This document shows, piece by piece, positions 29,507-39,347 of a stretch of DNA of 64,000 nucleotides (position 1 is the stretch's first letter; every line of letters begins with the position of its first letter). The notes under the pieces were generated by a model, which saw only the letters and a list, made by a program, of their open reading frames with translations, made no database searches and was not told where the DNA came from. Origin of the DNA: an uncultured Clostridium sp. (lineage in GTDB: Bacteria > Bacillota > Clostridia > Clostridiales > Clostridiaceae); NCBI RefSeq assembly GCF_900547475.1, contig NZ_URGW01000019.1; one strand, 5' to 3'. A program made the translations under genes and the position numbers.

Positions 29507-30747
29507 TAACATAGCTTAATTTTTTGACCTACTGTAATAAGATTTAAATCAGATATATTATTAAGTTCCATTATTTTATTAATACTTAAATTAAACATTT
29601 CAGAAACAGCTTCTAAGGAATCCCCTTCTTTTATTGTATATATACCAGATGAATAAAGTTGAAGTACTTGATTTTTAGAAAGTCTATTTAGATTTTTTAT
29701 ATTGTTTAATTTAGCAATTTTTTTATAACTAATATCAAATTTTTTAGAGATGTTAATTAGTGTATCGTTATCTTTTACTACATAGGTAAAAGGATATTTA
29801 CAATTTTGAATTTTCCACTGGATAATGTTAACATCATCTGTTGGGATAATAGGATTAAAATAATCCGTATAAGGGTGATTGTTAATTGTTATATATATTT
29901 TTTCAGTTTTATAATAATTTTTTAATGTATTATAAATACAATCAAAGAAAGATTTTGTTTTAATTGTATTTTCTTTTAGAATATTCATAATACTTTCGTG
30001 AAAATCTATATGAGCAAAATTATCTTTATGATTATAATACATTTTATTAATTTTTGTATTACGATTTATTAATGGAAGTAATCCTATAGGAGAGGTTTGG
30101 AGGAGTTTAGAAAAGCCTAAAGTTATATCTTCATTAGTATTATAGTTTAAAGTTTTATTTGAATACCAAATAGTATTTAAATTTTCATCAGGATAATATA
30201 TTTTAACATTTTCAGAGAAAGAGGAATTTTCTATTATCTCTTCAAGCTCACAATATAATAACCCTCTTTTTTTTATATAATATATACTTTTAACAAGACC
30301 TATGCCTAGTACATAGTAATCTACAGAAAATTCAGAGTTATCTTTAGATACAGTAACAATTTCTAAGGCTGAAGGAAATAAGTTAAATTGAGTTTTAACT
30401 TTTATATCTACGTTAGTGATACAACGTTTGCTTCCATCAGATAAAAGCCACATATTGTTTTTAACAACAGGCTCCCTTATTAAATAATTATCCATATTAT
30501 TAGATTCATCTAAGAAATTTTGATGATGACAAGCATTTCTAATTTGAAAGGAAAGTTTAATCCCATTATCAGTATATTCGTAAATATTTACGTTATTGGT
30601 TGTACCGTTATCAAATCTAACCTGAATTTTATTATTATTAAAATAATCTATTGAACTTTTGAAGTTAATTAAATTATTATTAAAACCTCTATAAATATAC
30701 ATTGAATTTGAATTATGTGGAAAGTATTCTTTGGATTTTATACTCAT
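29506..30747 (-). CDS. LysM-domain protein (two C-terminal LysM domains; possible GerMN-like middle region), probably spore-associated
   Basis: YVVKDNDTLINISKKF...LNNI and YTIKEGDSL...GQKIKL; no signal peptide; sigma-K/E-like promoter upstream. Confidence 0.8.
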   Translation of the reverse strand: MSIKSKEYFPHNSNSMYIYRGFNNNLINFKSSIDYFNNNKIQVRFDNGTTNNVNIYEYTDNGIKLSFQIRNACHHQNFLDESNNMDNYLIREPVVKNNMWLLSDGSKRCITNVDIKVKTQFNLFPSALEIVTVSKDNSEFSVDYYVLGIGLVKSIYYIKKRGLLYCELEEIIENSSFSENVKIYYPDENLNTIWYSNKTLNYNTNEDITLGFSKLLQTSPIGLLPLINRNTKINKMYYNHKDNFAHIDFHESIMNILKENTIKTKSFFDCIYNTLKNYYKTEKIYITINNHPYTDYFNPIIPTDDVNIIQWKIQNCKYPFTYVVKDNDTLINISKKFDISYKKIAKLNNIKNLNRLSKNQVLQLYSSGIYTIKEGDSLEAVSEMFNLSINKIMELNNISDLNLITVGQKIKLC

Positions 30748-30797
30748 AGTAACTCACCTCGTAATCATTTGTGTGGTAATTTTGTTATTGATATTAC

Positions 30798-30824
30798 AGT
30801 ATATGAACAAGATTGAAACTTTGT
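30798..30824 (-). promoter_or_regulatory. sigma-K/sigma-E-like sporulation promoter
   Basis: Minus strand AC-N17-CATATACT. Confidence 0.45.
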
Positions 30825-31009
30825 TTAATATAGAACAAAGATTTAATTAAATATAAAAAGAAATTCATAAGATTATGGTTTTCTAAAGAGATATTTATAG
30901 TATTAATTAATATTGACCTGTAGAAAAAAATATGATAAAATTTTTAATTACCCCAAAAGGCCTATTTATATGTTATAATGAAAAGATAAACATATAAGGA
31001 GGTAATTAT

Positions 31010-31501
31010 TTGTTTAATACAGGAGATAAAATTGTTTATCCAGGTCAAGGAATAGGTGTTGTAGATTGTATTGAAGAGATGGAGTTTAAAGGTGAGAGGC
31101 AAAATTATTATAAAATAGATATTGTTAATAGTACTATGAAACTTAAATTACCAGTTAGTAGAGTAGAATTTACTAATATTAGATTAATAAGCAATAGTAA
31201 GGAAATAGATACTGATTTAAATAATTTTAGTGATTTTATTGTTAATGAAGAGGAAATAAAAACATCTACAGCCAAGGAAAGAATGATTACTAATACTAAA
31301 AAAATAAAAGAAGGAACATTAAATGATTATTTAGATGTTATATGCAATCTTACTCAGGTTAAGAAGCTTAGTAATATAAATGCTAATGAGAAACAAGTTT
31401 TAAATTCAACAAAGTCTTTAGTAGTTGAAGAGATAAGCCAATCAAAGGATTTATCTAGAGAAGAGGCAATTGAATTGTTGGAAAATGCAATAAGATTTTA
31501 A
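31010..31501 (+). CDS. carD: CarD family RNA-polymerase-binding factor (divergent)
   Basis: N-terminal RNAP-interaction domain MFNTGDKIVYPGQGIGVV...LPV...IR; TTG start with RBS AGGAGG. Confidence 0.85.
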   Translation: MFNTGDKIVYPGQGIGVVDCIEEMEFKGERQNYYKIDIVNSTMKLKLPVSRVEFTNIRLISNSKEIDTDLNNFSDFIVNEEEIKTSTAKERMITNTKKIKEGTLNDYLDVICNLTQVKKLSNINANEKQVLNSTKSLVVEEISQSKDLSREEAIELLENAIRF

Positions 31502-31574
31502 TAATTAATCAACTAGAGAAGTTGCTTGTAGAAGATTTAAAAAAACATAAAAATAGAAGAGAATTTTATTATTT

Positions 31575-31610
31575 AAAATGAGTTATGCTAATTAGGCATA
31601 ACTCATTTTT
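31575..31610. terminator. bidirectional terminator
   Basis: 14-bp stem AAAATGAGTTATGC / GCATAACTCATTTT. Confidence 0.8.
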
Positions 31611-31635
31611 ATATTATATAAAATTAATAAAACAA

Positions 31636-32988
31636 TTAAAACTCTCTTTCTAAAATGCTTATTTTATTAGGATCTTCAAAGTCTTTTAGTGAATCTATTC
31701 CTAATTTATCTAAGACATCATCAAGAATTTTACTGTGAACAGCTACTTTTATTGAAGCATCGTAGGCAAAGTTATCCACTGCTTTTTTACCTTCTTCAGG
31801 AGGAACTAAAATTTTAGGACCACCAACACAGCCGCCAACACAACCCATACCTTCAATAAAGCTTGCATTTGCTTTACCAGCTAAAGCATCATTAAGTACT
31901 GCTTTGCATTCTTTAACTCCTTCTGCTTTTCTAGCTTTAAAATTTTTAATATTATCTGGATAAAGTTCTTCTACAGCTTCTGAGACAGCAATTGAAACTC
32001 CTCCAGTACGAGCATACAATCTTCCACCTCTAGATGTATATTCTATAGATGGAATTCCTTTTAAGTCTTTGGGGTGAATTTCTAAAGATTCAAAGATATT
32101 ATTAAGTTCTTGGAAAGTTAAAACAAAGTCAATTGCACCAGCAACATCTTTTTCCTTTGCTTCAGCTTTTTTAGCTATACAAGGACCTACAAATACAACT
32201 TTTGCATCATTGTTTAAAGATTTAATTACTCTACCAGCTGCAATCATAGGAGAAACAGAAGGTGAAAGGTTAGGAATAAGTTCTTTATAAACTTTCTTTA
32301 ACATTCCTACCCACATAGGACAACAACAAGAAGTTATCATTAAGTCATTTGGACCTTTTACATGTTTATTAAATTCAACGGCTTCTTTTATAGTCAACAT
32401 GTCAGCAGCAAAAGCAACTTCAATCATATCTGTAAACCCAATTTTAATAAAGGCAGCTCTTAATTGATCCATAGTAACATCACTACCAAATTGACCTATA
32501 ATGGCAGGAGCAACAGCAGCGATTACAGTTTTATTATTTTTCAATAAATCTAATATTGGCAGAAACTCTATTTTGTCTAAAATACGTCCATTATTACATG
32601 AATCAACACAAATACCACAATCAATACAAACATTATTATCAATAAATGTTGTATTATTATCAGAATCAAATTTTATGGCATCAAAGGGGCATGCTCTTTG
32701 ACAGCCATATGTATTATTTTCATCAGGATTACAGTTTGTACAGGAGCATTCTAGTTTTTCTACTATTTTTTTATTTACATTATAATTAGTTATTGCTTTT
32801 TTTAAGTTATAAACATAATTATTATCAAAATCAACTTTTACTCCACATAATGAAGTAATTATTTCAAAGGTTTCTTGTGGAGAATTTTCATGGCAAGTAA
32901 TTATTTTATTAAGGGTCTCATCAAAATTACCATCATAATAAGATTTTATTAATATATCAAACAGATCAGTGTACTTACTATTCATCAT
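31636..32988 (-). CDS. [FeFe]-hydrogenase, group B-like, with a 2[4Fe-4S] ferredoxin domain
   Basis: H-cluster motifs TSCCCPMW, GPCIAKKAE, EGMGCVGGCVGG; Fe-S motifs CQRACP and CIDCGICVDSC. Confidence 0.9.
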   Translation of the reverse strand: MMNSKYTDLFDILIKSYYDGNFDETLNKIITCHENSPQETFEIITSLCGVKVDFDNNYVYNLKKAITNYNVNKKIVEKLECSCTNCNPDENNTYGCQRACPFDAIKFDSDNNTTFIDNNVCIDCGICVDSCNNGRILDKIEFLPILDLLKNNKTVIAAVAPAIIGQFGSDVTMDQLRAAFIKIGFTDMIEVAFAADMLTIKEAVEFNKHVKGPNDLMITSCCCPMWVGMLKKVYKELIPNLSPSVSPMIAAGRVIKSLNNDAKVVFVGPCIAKKAEAKEKDVAGAIDFVLTFQELNNIFESLEIHPKDLKGIPSIEYTSRGGRLYARTGGVSIAVSEAVEELYPDNIKNFKARKAEGVKECKAVLNDALAGKANASFIEGMGCVGGCVGGPKILVPPEEGKKAVDNFAYDASIKVAVHSKILDDVLDKLGIDSLKDFEDPNKISILEREF

Positions 32989-33230
32989 GTACCTCCTAAA
33001 ATAGAAAGAATAAATAATTCTGTATAATTTAGTATATCTCTATTGCTATATGAAAATACTTAAATTTAATAAAAAATATAAGTTCTTTTTTGTCATAAAT
33101 AACTGATGTAGTGAATTTGTATAAGTATAAATTTCGTGTGAAATAAATACATAATAAGAATTTAAATGCTTATTTTAAATAATTTTGTTATAATATGTAG
33201 AAGCGAGAAAATAGGGGATTAGGTGAAATA

Positions 33231-36200
33231 ATGAAAAAGGCTATAAAAAAGAGTATAATGTTTGCATTTATTTTATTATTTATATTTTATAATAAGGCTT
33301 ATGCTAGTGAGAGTTATAATATTAACTTTAATAGTATAGCGATAGATGATGGATTATCACAATCTTTAGCTGAGTATATATATCAAGATAGCTTTGGATA
33401 TATATGGATAGGAACTAATGATGGATTAAATAGATATAATGGAAATGAATTTAAATTATATAAAAATATTAAAAATGATAATAATAGTATTAGTAATAAT
33501 ATGATTAGTTCATTAGTAGAAGATAATGATAAAAATTTATGGATAGGTACTGATGGTGGACTAAATAAAATGAATTTAGTCACTGGAAATATAACAAGAT
33601 ACTTAGTTTCAGATGAGGATAAAACTCATTCTAATACTGTTGTAGATGAACTACTATTAGATTCAAAGGGGAGACTTTGGGTTTGTACAACAAATGGTTT
33701 AAATTTATATGATAATAAGAATGATAAATTTGTAAAAGTAGCAAGTGAATACCTAGAAAATAAAGGGCTTCAAGCTATTGACGAAGATGAAGAAGGCAAT
33801 ATTTGGATAGCTACAAGGGAGGGGTTATATAGGTATAATCCTAAGAATGATACTATAAAAGAATTTTTTCATGATGAAAATGATAAGAATTCAATAAGTG
33901 AAAATAATATATTTTCAGTTTATTATGATGAAGGAAAGTTATGGATAGGAACTAAAACAGCTGGATTAAATGTAATGGATCTAAAAGATTATAGCATAAA
34001 GGTATATAAGCATAATTCTAATGATTCTAACTCTATACCAAGTAATCTTATAAGAGACATGCTTAGAGATAAAGATGGTACAATGTGGTTAGCTACAGAT
34101 CAAGGTTTAGTTCGTTTTAATGAGGAAAATGAGGCGTTTTATACATATAAAAGTAACACAGATAAATATAGTATATGTGACGATAATATTATAGATTTAT
34201 ATCAGGATAAATCAGGTGTAATTTGGGTAGGAACATTTAATGGAATAAGTAAATTCTCATCTAATAAAGATTTTAAGGTATATAGAAATGATCCAATAGA
34301 TGATAACTCATTGAGTAATAGTAGTGTTTGTGGAATATATGAAGATGATGAAGGAGTGGTATGGGTAGGAACATTTAATTCTGGTATAAATAGAATAAAT
34401 AAGGAAAGTGATATAGTTACAAGATATTATAATGATGATAGTACTGATAATTCATTAAGTAGTAATAGAATAAAGGATATAACAGGAATAGAAAATGAAA
34501 TTTGGATTGCTACTGATAATGGTTTAAATAAATATGATAAAAGTACAGAAGAGTTTACTGTTTACAAAAAGTTGGATGATGAAAATAGTATAGTAAATAA
34601 TGAGATAAGAGTGTTGTATATTGATAAGGAAGGAGTTCTTTGGATAGGAACTAGGGGCGGAATATGTACATTTGATAGAAAGAGCAAATTTACTTCATAT
34701 AATAGTATATTAGAGCAAAATGGTATCTATGAAAAAACGGTTAGTAGTATATATCAAGATAGTGAAGGAATAATGTGGTTTGGACTAGGAAATGATGGGG
34801 GACTAGTTAAATATAATAAAGAAACAGGTGAAATTATAAATTATTTATATAATGATGAAGATATAAATTCAATAAGTTATAATAATATAAGAAGTATAGA
34901 CGAGGATAGTGAGGGGAATATATGGATAGGGACTCAAAGTGGATTAAATAAATTAAATAAGGAAACTGGAAAGTTTACAGTATATACAGATAGTGAAGGA
35001 TTATCTAATGATTTTATTTATGGAGTAATAGTAGATAGTAATGATAATGTTTGGGTTAGCACTAATTATGGAGTATCAATGTATAATCAAAAAGAGGACA
35101 AGTTTATAAGATATTATGAAGCTGATGGTTTTGCAACTAATGAATACAATGGATTTTCTTATCATGAAAACAAAGATGGAAATATTTATTTTGGTGGAGT
35201 AAATGGATTAACAGAATTTAATCCATTGGATATTCAACTAAAAATGCAGGTTAGCAATGTAATAGTTGATAGTATAAAAACAAGTGCTGGAATTGAGCTA
35301 AATACAAAAGATAATGTGGTTTTAGAGTATAATTCTAGAGAGTTATATATAAAGTTTTTTATACCTGAATATAAAAATATAAATCAAATGCAATATGCAT
35401 ATAAATTAGAGGGAATGGATAGTAATTGGATATTTGCAGGAAATGAGAACTATGCAAGGTATGCTAATTTAGCTCCAGGAAAATATAAGATGCTAATAAA
35501 AGGAAGAAATTATAATGGGGTTTGGTCTGATGTATCAGAGATAAGTATTAAAGTAAAGAATACTATTTGGAAAACTCCTATAGCGTATATAACATATATT
35601 ATTATTATATTAGTTATAATATATATATATTATAATCAAGTAAAAATATTAGATGCATTAGTGATTCAAAGAACTCAAGAGCTAAATAATAAGTTAAAAG
35701 AAAATAAAAATTTATATAAAAGGCTTATACAATTAGAAAAATATAAAAATAATTATTTTGTTAATTTATCTCACGAACTTAGGACACCTTTAAATGTTAT
35801 TCTATCTATAGAACAATTAATAAGTTCTTTAAATAAAGCTGGTACTAAAATATCTAATGAAAAAATGGAAACCTATATGAATACCTTAAAGGGAAATTCA
35901 AAAAGATTACTAAACTTAATAAATAATATTATTGATACATCTAAAATAGATTCAGGATTTTATAGGTTGGATAAGGTTCAAGTTAATATAGTAAATCTTG
36001 TTGAAGATACAGCTTTATCTATGGTTGAACTTGCTGAGGTTAAGGGATTAGAAATCATAGTTGACCCAGAGATTGAGGAGTTATTTATAAATTGTGATAA
36101 GTTAGATATAGAAAGGTGTATAATAAACTTAATTGGAAATGCTATTAAATTTACTGAAGCTGGGGGAACAATAACAGTTACTATAAGTGAGTTAGACAAA

Positions 36201-36431
36201 AATGTGAAAATTAGTGTTAAGGATACTGGATTAGGAATAGATGAAAAGTATCATAATAGTATTTTTGATAGATTTGGGCAAGTTAATAGTGATGAACCTG
36301 AAGAATTAGGTGGAAGTGGATTAGGATTAACATTAACTAAAAATTTAATTAATCTTCATGATGGAGAAATTAGTGTAGTTAGTGAAAAGGGAAAGGGTAG
36401 TGAATTTATTATTATATTACCTATACAATAA
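33231..36431 (+). CDS. large sensor histidine kinase with beta-propeller (Reg_prop) and Y_Y_Y domains
   Basis: Signal peptide; many D..G.IWIGT..GL repeats; YAYKLEG and YANLAPGKY; TM; SHELRTPL, NAIKFT, DTGLG, GSGLGL. Confidence 0.92.
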   Translation: MKKAIKKSIMFAFILLFIFYNKAYASESYNINFNSIAIDDGLSQSLAEYIYQDSFGYIWIGTNDGLNRYNGNEFKLYKNIKNDNNSISNNMISSLVEDNDKNLWIGTDGGLNKMNLVTGNITRYLVSDEDKTHSNTVVDELLLDSKGRLWVCTTNGLNLYDNKNDKFVKVASEYLENKGLQAIDEDEEGNIWIATREGLYRYNPKNDTIKEFFHDENDKNSISENNIFSVYYDEGKLWIGTKTAGLNVMDLKDYSIKVYKHNSNDSNSIPSNLIRDMLRDKDGTMWLATDQGLVRFNEENEAFYTYKSNTDKYSICDDNIIDLYQDKSGVIWVGTFNGISKFSSNKDFKVYRNDPIDDNSLSNSSVCGIYEDDEGVVWVGTFNSGINRINKESDIVTRYYNDDSTDNSLSSNRIKDITGIENEIWIATDNGLNKYDKSTEEFTVYKKLDDENSIVNNEIRVLYIDKEGVLWIGTRGGICTFDRKSKFTSYNSILEQNGIYEKTVSSIYQDSEGIMWFGLGNDGGLVKYNKETGEIINYLYNDEDINSISYNNIRSIDEDSEGNIWIGTQSGLNKLNKETGKFTVYTDSEGLSNDFIYGVIVDSNDNVWVSTNYGVSMYNQKEDKFIRYYEADGFATNEYNGFSYHENKDGNIYFGGVNGLTEFNPLDIQLKMQVSNVIVDSIKTSAGIELNTKDNVVLEYNSRELYIKFFIPEYKNINQMQYAYKLEGMDSNWIFAGNENYARYANLAPGKYKMLIKGRNYNGVWSDVSEISIKVKNTIWKTPIAYITYIIIILVIIYIYYNQVKILDALVIQRTQELNNKLKENKNLYKRLIQLEKYKNNYFVNLSHELRTPLNVILSIEQLISSLNKAGTKISNEKMETYMNTLKGNSKRLLNLINNIIDTSKIDSGFYRLDKVQVNIVNLVEDTALSMVELAEVKGLEIIVDPEIEELFINCDKLDIERCIINLIGNAIKFTEAGGTITVTISELDKNVKISVKDTGLGIDEKYHNSIFDRFGQVNSDEPEELGGSGLGLTLTKNLINLHDGEISVVSEKGKGSEFIIILPIQ

Positions 36432-36446
36432 AAAAGGAAGTATTCT

Positions 36447-37127
36447 ATGGAAGAAATGGTTAAAATAATAAAGAAAAATCAATTATTTATTGGATTAAGT
36501 GATGAAAGTATAAAAAATGTTTTGAAAGAAATCCAATATTATATAAAAACATATAGTAAAGGTGAAATAATTGCCAATGAAGATGATGAATGTAGAAGCT
36601 TATCATTAGTATTGGATGGAACTGTAGAAATACAAAGATTATATTCTAATGGAAAATATATAGTATTAAGCAGAATATTTGAAGGCGATGTATTTGGAGA
36701 AGCCTTAGTATTTTCAAAAGCAAAGACATATCCTGCAACTGTAATAGCATTGAGTGAATGCAAAGTACTCTTTATAAATAAGAGTGATGTATTAAAAATA
36801 TGTTCTAATGAAGAAAAAATATTGGAAAATTTTGTTTCGTTATTAAGTGATAAAGTTTTTATTTTAAATTCCAAAATAAAAAGCATATCTTTTAAAAGTA
36901 TAAGGCAAAAAGTTATAAACTACATTTTAAATGAAGTAAAGGGGCAAAAAAGCAATTCTATTATATTAAAGAATACTAAAGAGGAGATAGCATCATTATT
37001 AGGTATTCCAAGACCATCATTATCACGAGAATTAATTAATTTGAGGGATATGAATTATATTGAGTTTAATAGAAAAAAAATAACTATATTAGATATAGAA
37101 AGTTTAGAAGAAGAATTATTTAATTAG
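36447..37127 (+). CDS. hcpR: Crp/Fnr family regulator of hcp
   Basis: cNMP-binding fold (GDVFGEA) and HTH (EEIASLLGIPRPSLSRE); directly upstream of hcp. Confidence 0.85.
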   Translation: MEEMVKIIKKNQLFIGLSDESIKNVLKEIQYYIKTYSKGEIIANEDDECRSLSLVLDGTVEIQRLYSNGKYIVLSRIFEGDVFGEALVFSKAKTYPATVIALSECKVLFINKSDVLKICSNEEKILENFVSLLSDKVFILNSKIKSISFKSIRQKVINYILNEVKGQKSNSIILKNTKEEIASLLGIPRPSLSRELINLRDMNYIEFNRKKITILDIESLEEELFN

Positions 37128-37163
37128 AAAAAGAATCTGTAACATATGTTACAGATTCTTTTT
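37128..37163. promoter_or_regulatory. HcpR operator within a perfect 36-bp palindrome; may also act as a terminator
   Basis: AAAAAGAATCTGTAACAT|ATGTTACAGATTCTTTTT with core TGTAAC-N4-GTTACA. Confidence 0.7.
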
Positions 37164-37226
37164 TTGTATAGATGTAGAATAATCACATAGAGATTAAAAA
37201 ATACATTTTAAGAGGAGATTTTAAAT

Positions 37227-38873
37227 ATGGAAAATAAGATGTTTTGTTTTCAATGTCAAGAAACTGCAGGATGTGCAGGATGTACTAAGTTTGGTGTATG
37301 TGGAAAAAGTCCAGAACTTGCAAATATGCAAGATTTATTAATATATGCTACTAAAGGATTATCAGAAGTAACAACAAGAATAAGAAAAGAAGGAAAAAAG
37401 ATTGATAAAGAGTTAAATCATTTTATTACATTAAACCTTTTTACAACTATTACAAATGCAAATTTTGATAACGAAGTATTTTATGGTAGAGTAAAGGAAA
37501 CTTTAAGAGTAAAAAGAGAGTTAATAGAAAAATTAGATAATAAAGAAAATTTATCAGAAGTTGCTTTATGGGAGGCATTTTCAAATGAAGAAATGGATAA
37601 AAAGTCAAATAGTGATGAGGTTGGAGTTCTTGCAACTAAGAATGAAGATGTAAGATCATTAAGAGAACTTATAACTTATGGATTAAAAGGATTATCAGCA
37701 TATTCAAAACATGCTAATGCTTTAGGATATGATAATGAAGAAATAGATGCATTTATGCAAGAGACTTTAGCTAAGCTTTTAGATGATTCATTAACTGTTG
37801 AAGAATTAATTGCTTTAACATTAGAAACAGGAAAAGTAGGGGTAGATGGTATGGCATTATTAGATACTGCTAATACTGAAACTTATGGAAATCCTGAAAT
37901 AACAAAAGTAAATATAGGAGTAGGTAAAAATCCAGGTATCTTAGTATCAGGACATGACTTAAAAGATATTGAACAATTATTAATTCAAACAGAAGGAACA
38001 GGAGTAGATGTATATACCCACTCAGAAATGTTACCAGCTCACTATTATCCAAACTTAAAGAAGTACAAGCATTTAGTAGGTAACTATGGTAATGCATGGT
38101 GGAAGCAAAGAGAAGAGTTTGAAAGCTTTAATGGACCAATATTAATGACTACTAACTGTATAGTGCCACCAAAGAATGAAAGCTATAAATCAAGAATGTA
38201 TACAACAGGAGCAGCAGGCTTCGAAGGTTGTGTTCATATAGAAGCTGATGAAAATGGCGTTAAAGATTTCTCTGCAATAATTGAACAAGCTAAGAAGTGT
38301 AAGGCACCAACAGAAATAGAACAAGGAGAAATTATAGGGGGATTTGCTCATGCACAAGTATTAGCATTAGCAGATCAAGTTGTTGAAGCTGTTAAAACTG
38401 GAGCTATTAAAAAATTCTTCGTTATGGCAGGATGTGATGGAAGAGCTAAATCAAGAAATTATTATACAGACTTTGCAAAAGCTTTACCAAAGGATACAGT
38501 AATATTAACAGCAGGATGTGCTAAATATAAATATAATAAGTTAGAGCTTGGAGATATAAATGGAATTCCAAGAGTTTTAGATGCAGGTCAATGTAATGAT
38601 TCTTATTCATTAGCATTAATAGCATTAAAATTAAAGGAAGTATTTGAATTAGAAGATATTAATGAATTACCAATAGCATTTAATATTGCTTGGTATGAAC
38701 AAAAGGCTGTAATAGTATTATTATCATTATTATATCTTGGAGTTAAGAATATACATTTAGGACCAACACTTCCTGCATTCCTTTCACCTAATGTAGCTAA
38801 AGTTTTAGTTGAAAACTTTGGAATTGGTGGTATTACTAATGTTGAAGATGATTTAAAGATGTTTTTAAAATAA
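37227..38873 (+). CDS. hcp: hybrid cluster protein (hydroxylamine/NO reductase)
   Basis: Motifs MFCFQCQET...[42 protein letters not shown]. Confidence 0.97.
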   Translation: MENKMFCFQCQETAGCAGCTKFGVCGKSPELANMQDLLIYATKGLSEVTTRIRKEGKKIDKELNHFITLNLFTTITNANFDNEVFYGRVKETLRVKRELIEKLDNKENLSEVALWEAFSNEEMDKKSNSDEVGVLATKNEDVRSLRELITYGLKGLSAYSKHANALGYDNEEIDAFMQETLAKLLDDSLTVEELIALTLETGKVGVDGMALLDTANTETYGNPEITKVNIGVGKNPGILVSGHDLKDIEQLLIQTEGTGVDVYTHSEMLPAHYYPNLKKYKHLVGNYGNAWWKQREEFESFNGPILMTTNCIVPPKNESYKSRMYTTGAAGFEGCVHIEADENGVKDFSAIIEQAKKCKAPTEIEQGEIIGGFAHAQVLALADQVVEAVKTGAIKKFFVMAGCDGRAKSRNYYTDFAKALPKDTVILTAGCAKYKYNKLELGDINGIPRVLDAGQCNDSYSLALIALKLKEVFELEDINELPIAFNIAWYEQKAVIVLLSLLYLGVKNIHLGPTLPAFLSPNVAKVLVENFGIGGITNVEDDLKMFLK

Positions 38874-38916
38874 TTAAATAGTTAGAAATAAGCAATAAAA
38901 TTTATTATAATATTTT

Positions 38917-38945
38917 TAGAGTCGGAGATATCCGACTCTATTTTT
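38917..38945 (+). terminator. hcp terminator
   Basis: Stem TAGAGTCGGA / TCCGACTCTA followed by TTTTT. Confidence 0.85.
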
Positions 38946-38962
38946 AAAGTTAAAATTTAATA

Positions 38963-39052
38963 TAAAAATAAAAACGTTCCTAGAATATATACCGGGGGAA
39001 GGTATTTTTTAGGAACGTTTTTAATAGGGGAAAAATTTATTTAATACTTTAT
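38963..39052 (-). ncRNA. candidate C-rich small RNA (about 90 nt)
   Basis: Minus strand: TATACT -10 at 39064-39059, single-stranded UUUUUCCCCU, then a 14-bp + 5-bp hairpin with loop UUCCCCC and a U-rich tail; no ORF. Confidence 0.5.
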
Positions 39053-39347
39053 GATTAAAGTATAGTATAGAAATTTGTCAATTGTGTTTCAATTTAATGA
39101 AATTGATGTGTTTAAATTAATATAGTAATTGTGCTTGGGTAATAATGTAAAGTGATTTATAATATTTTTATATTAAGAAATATAAAAAAACAGTATTAAC
39201 TAAGATATTTAGTAATATTTTATTTGTTAGAAGAAAATGATTAAGAGCATAAGGAATAGCAAAGGCTATAAATATAGATGTTATAGATTTTGAAATAAGA
39301 AAATAATTATGAGATAAAAAGAATTAATAGTATATTGGAGGAAGTAT

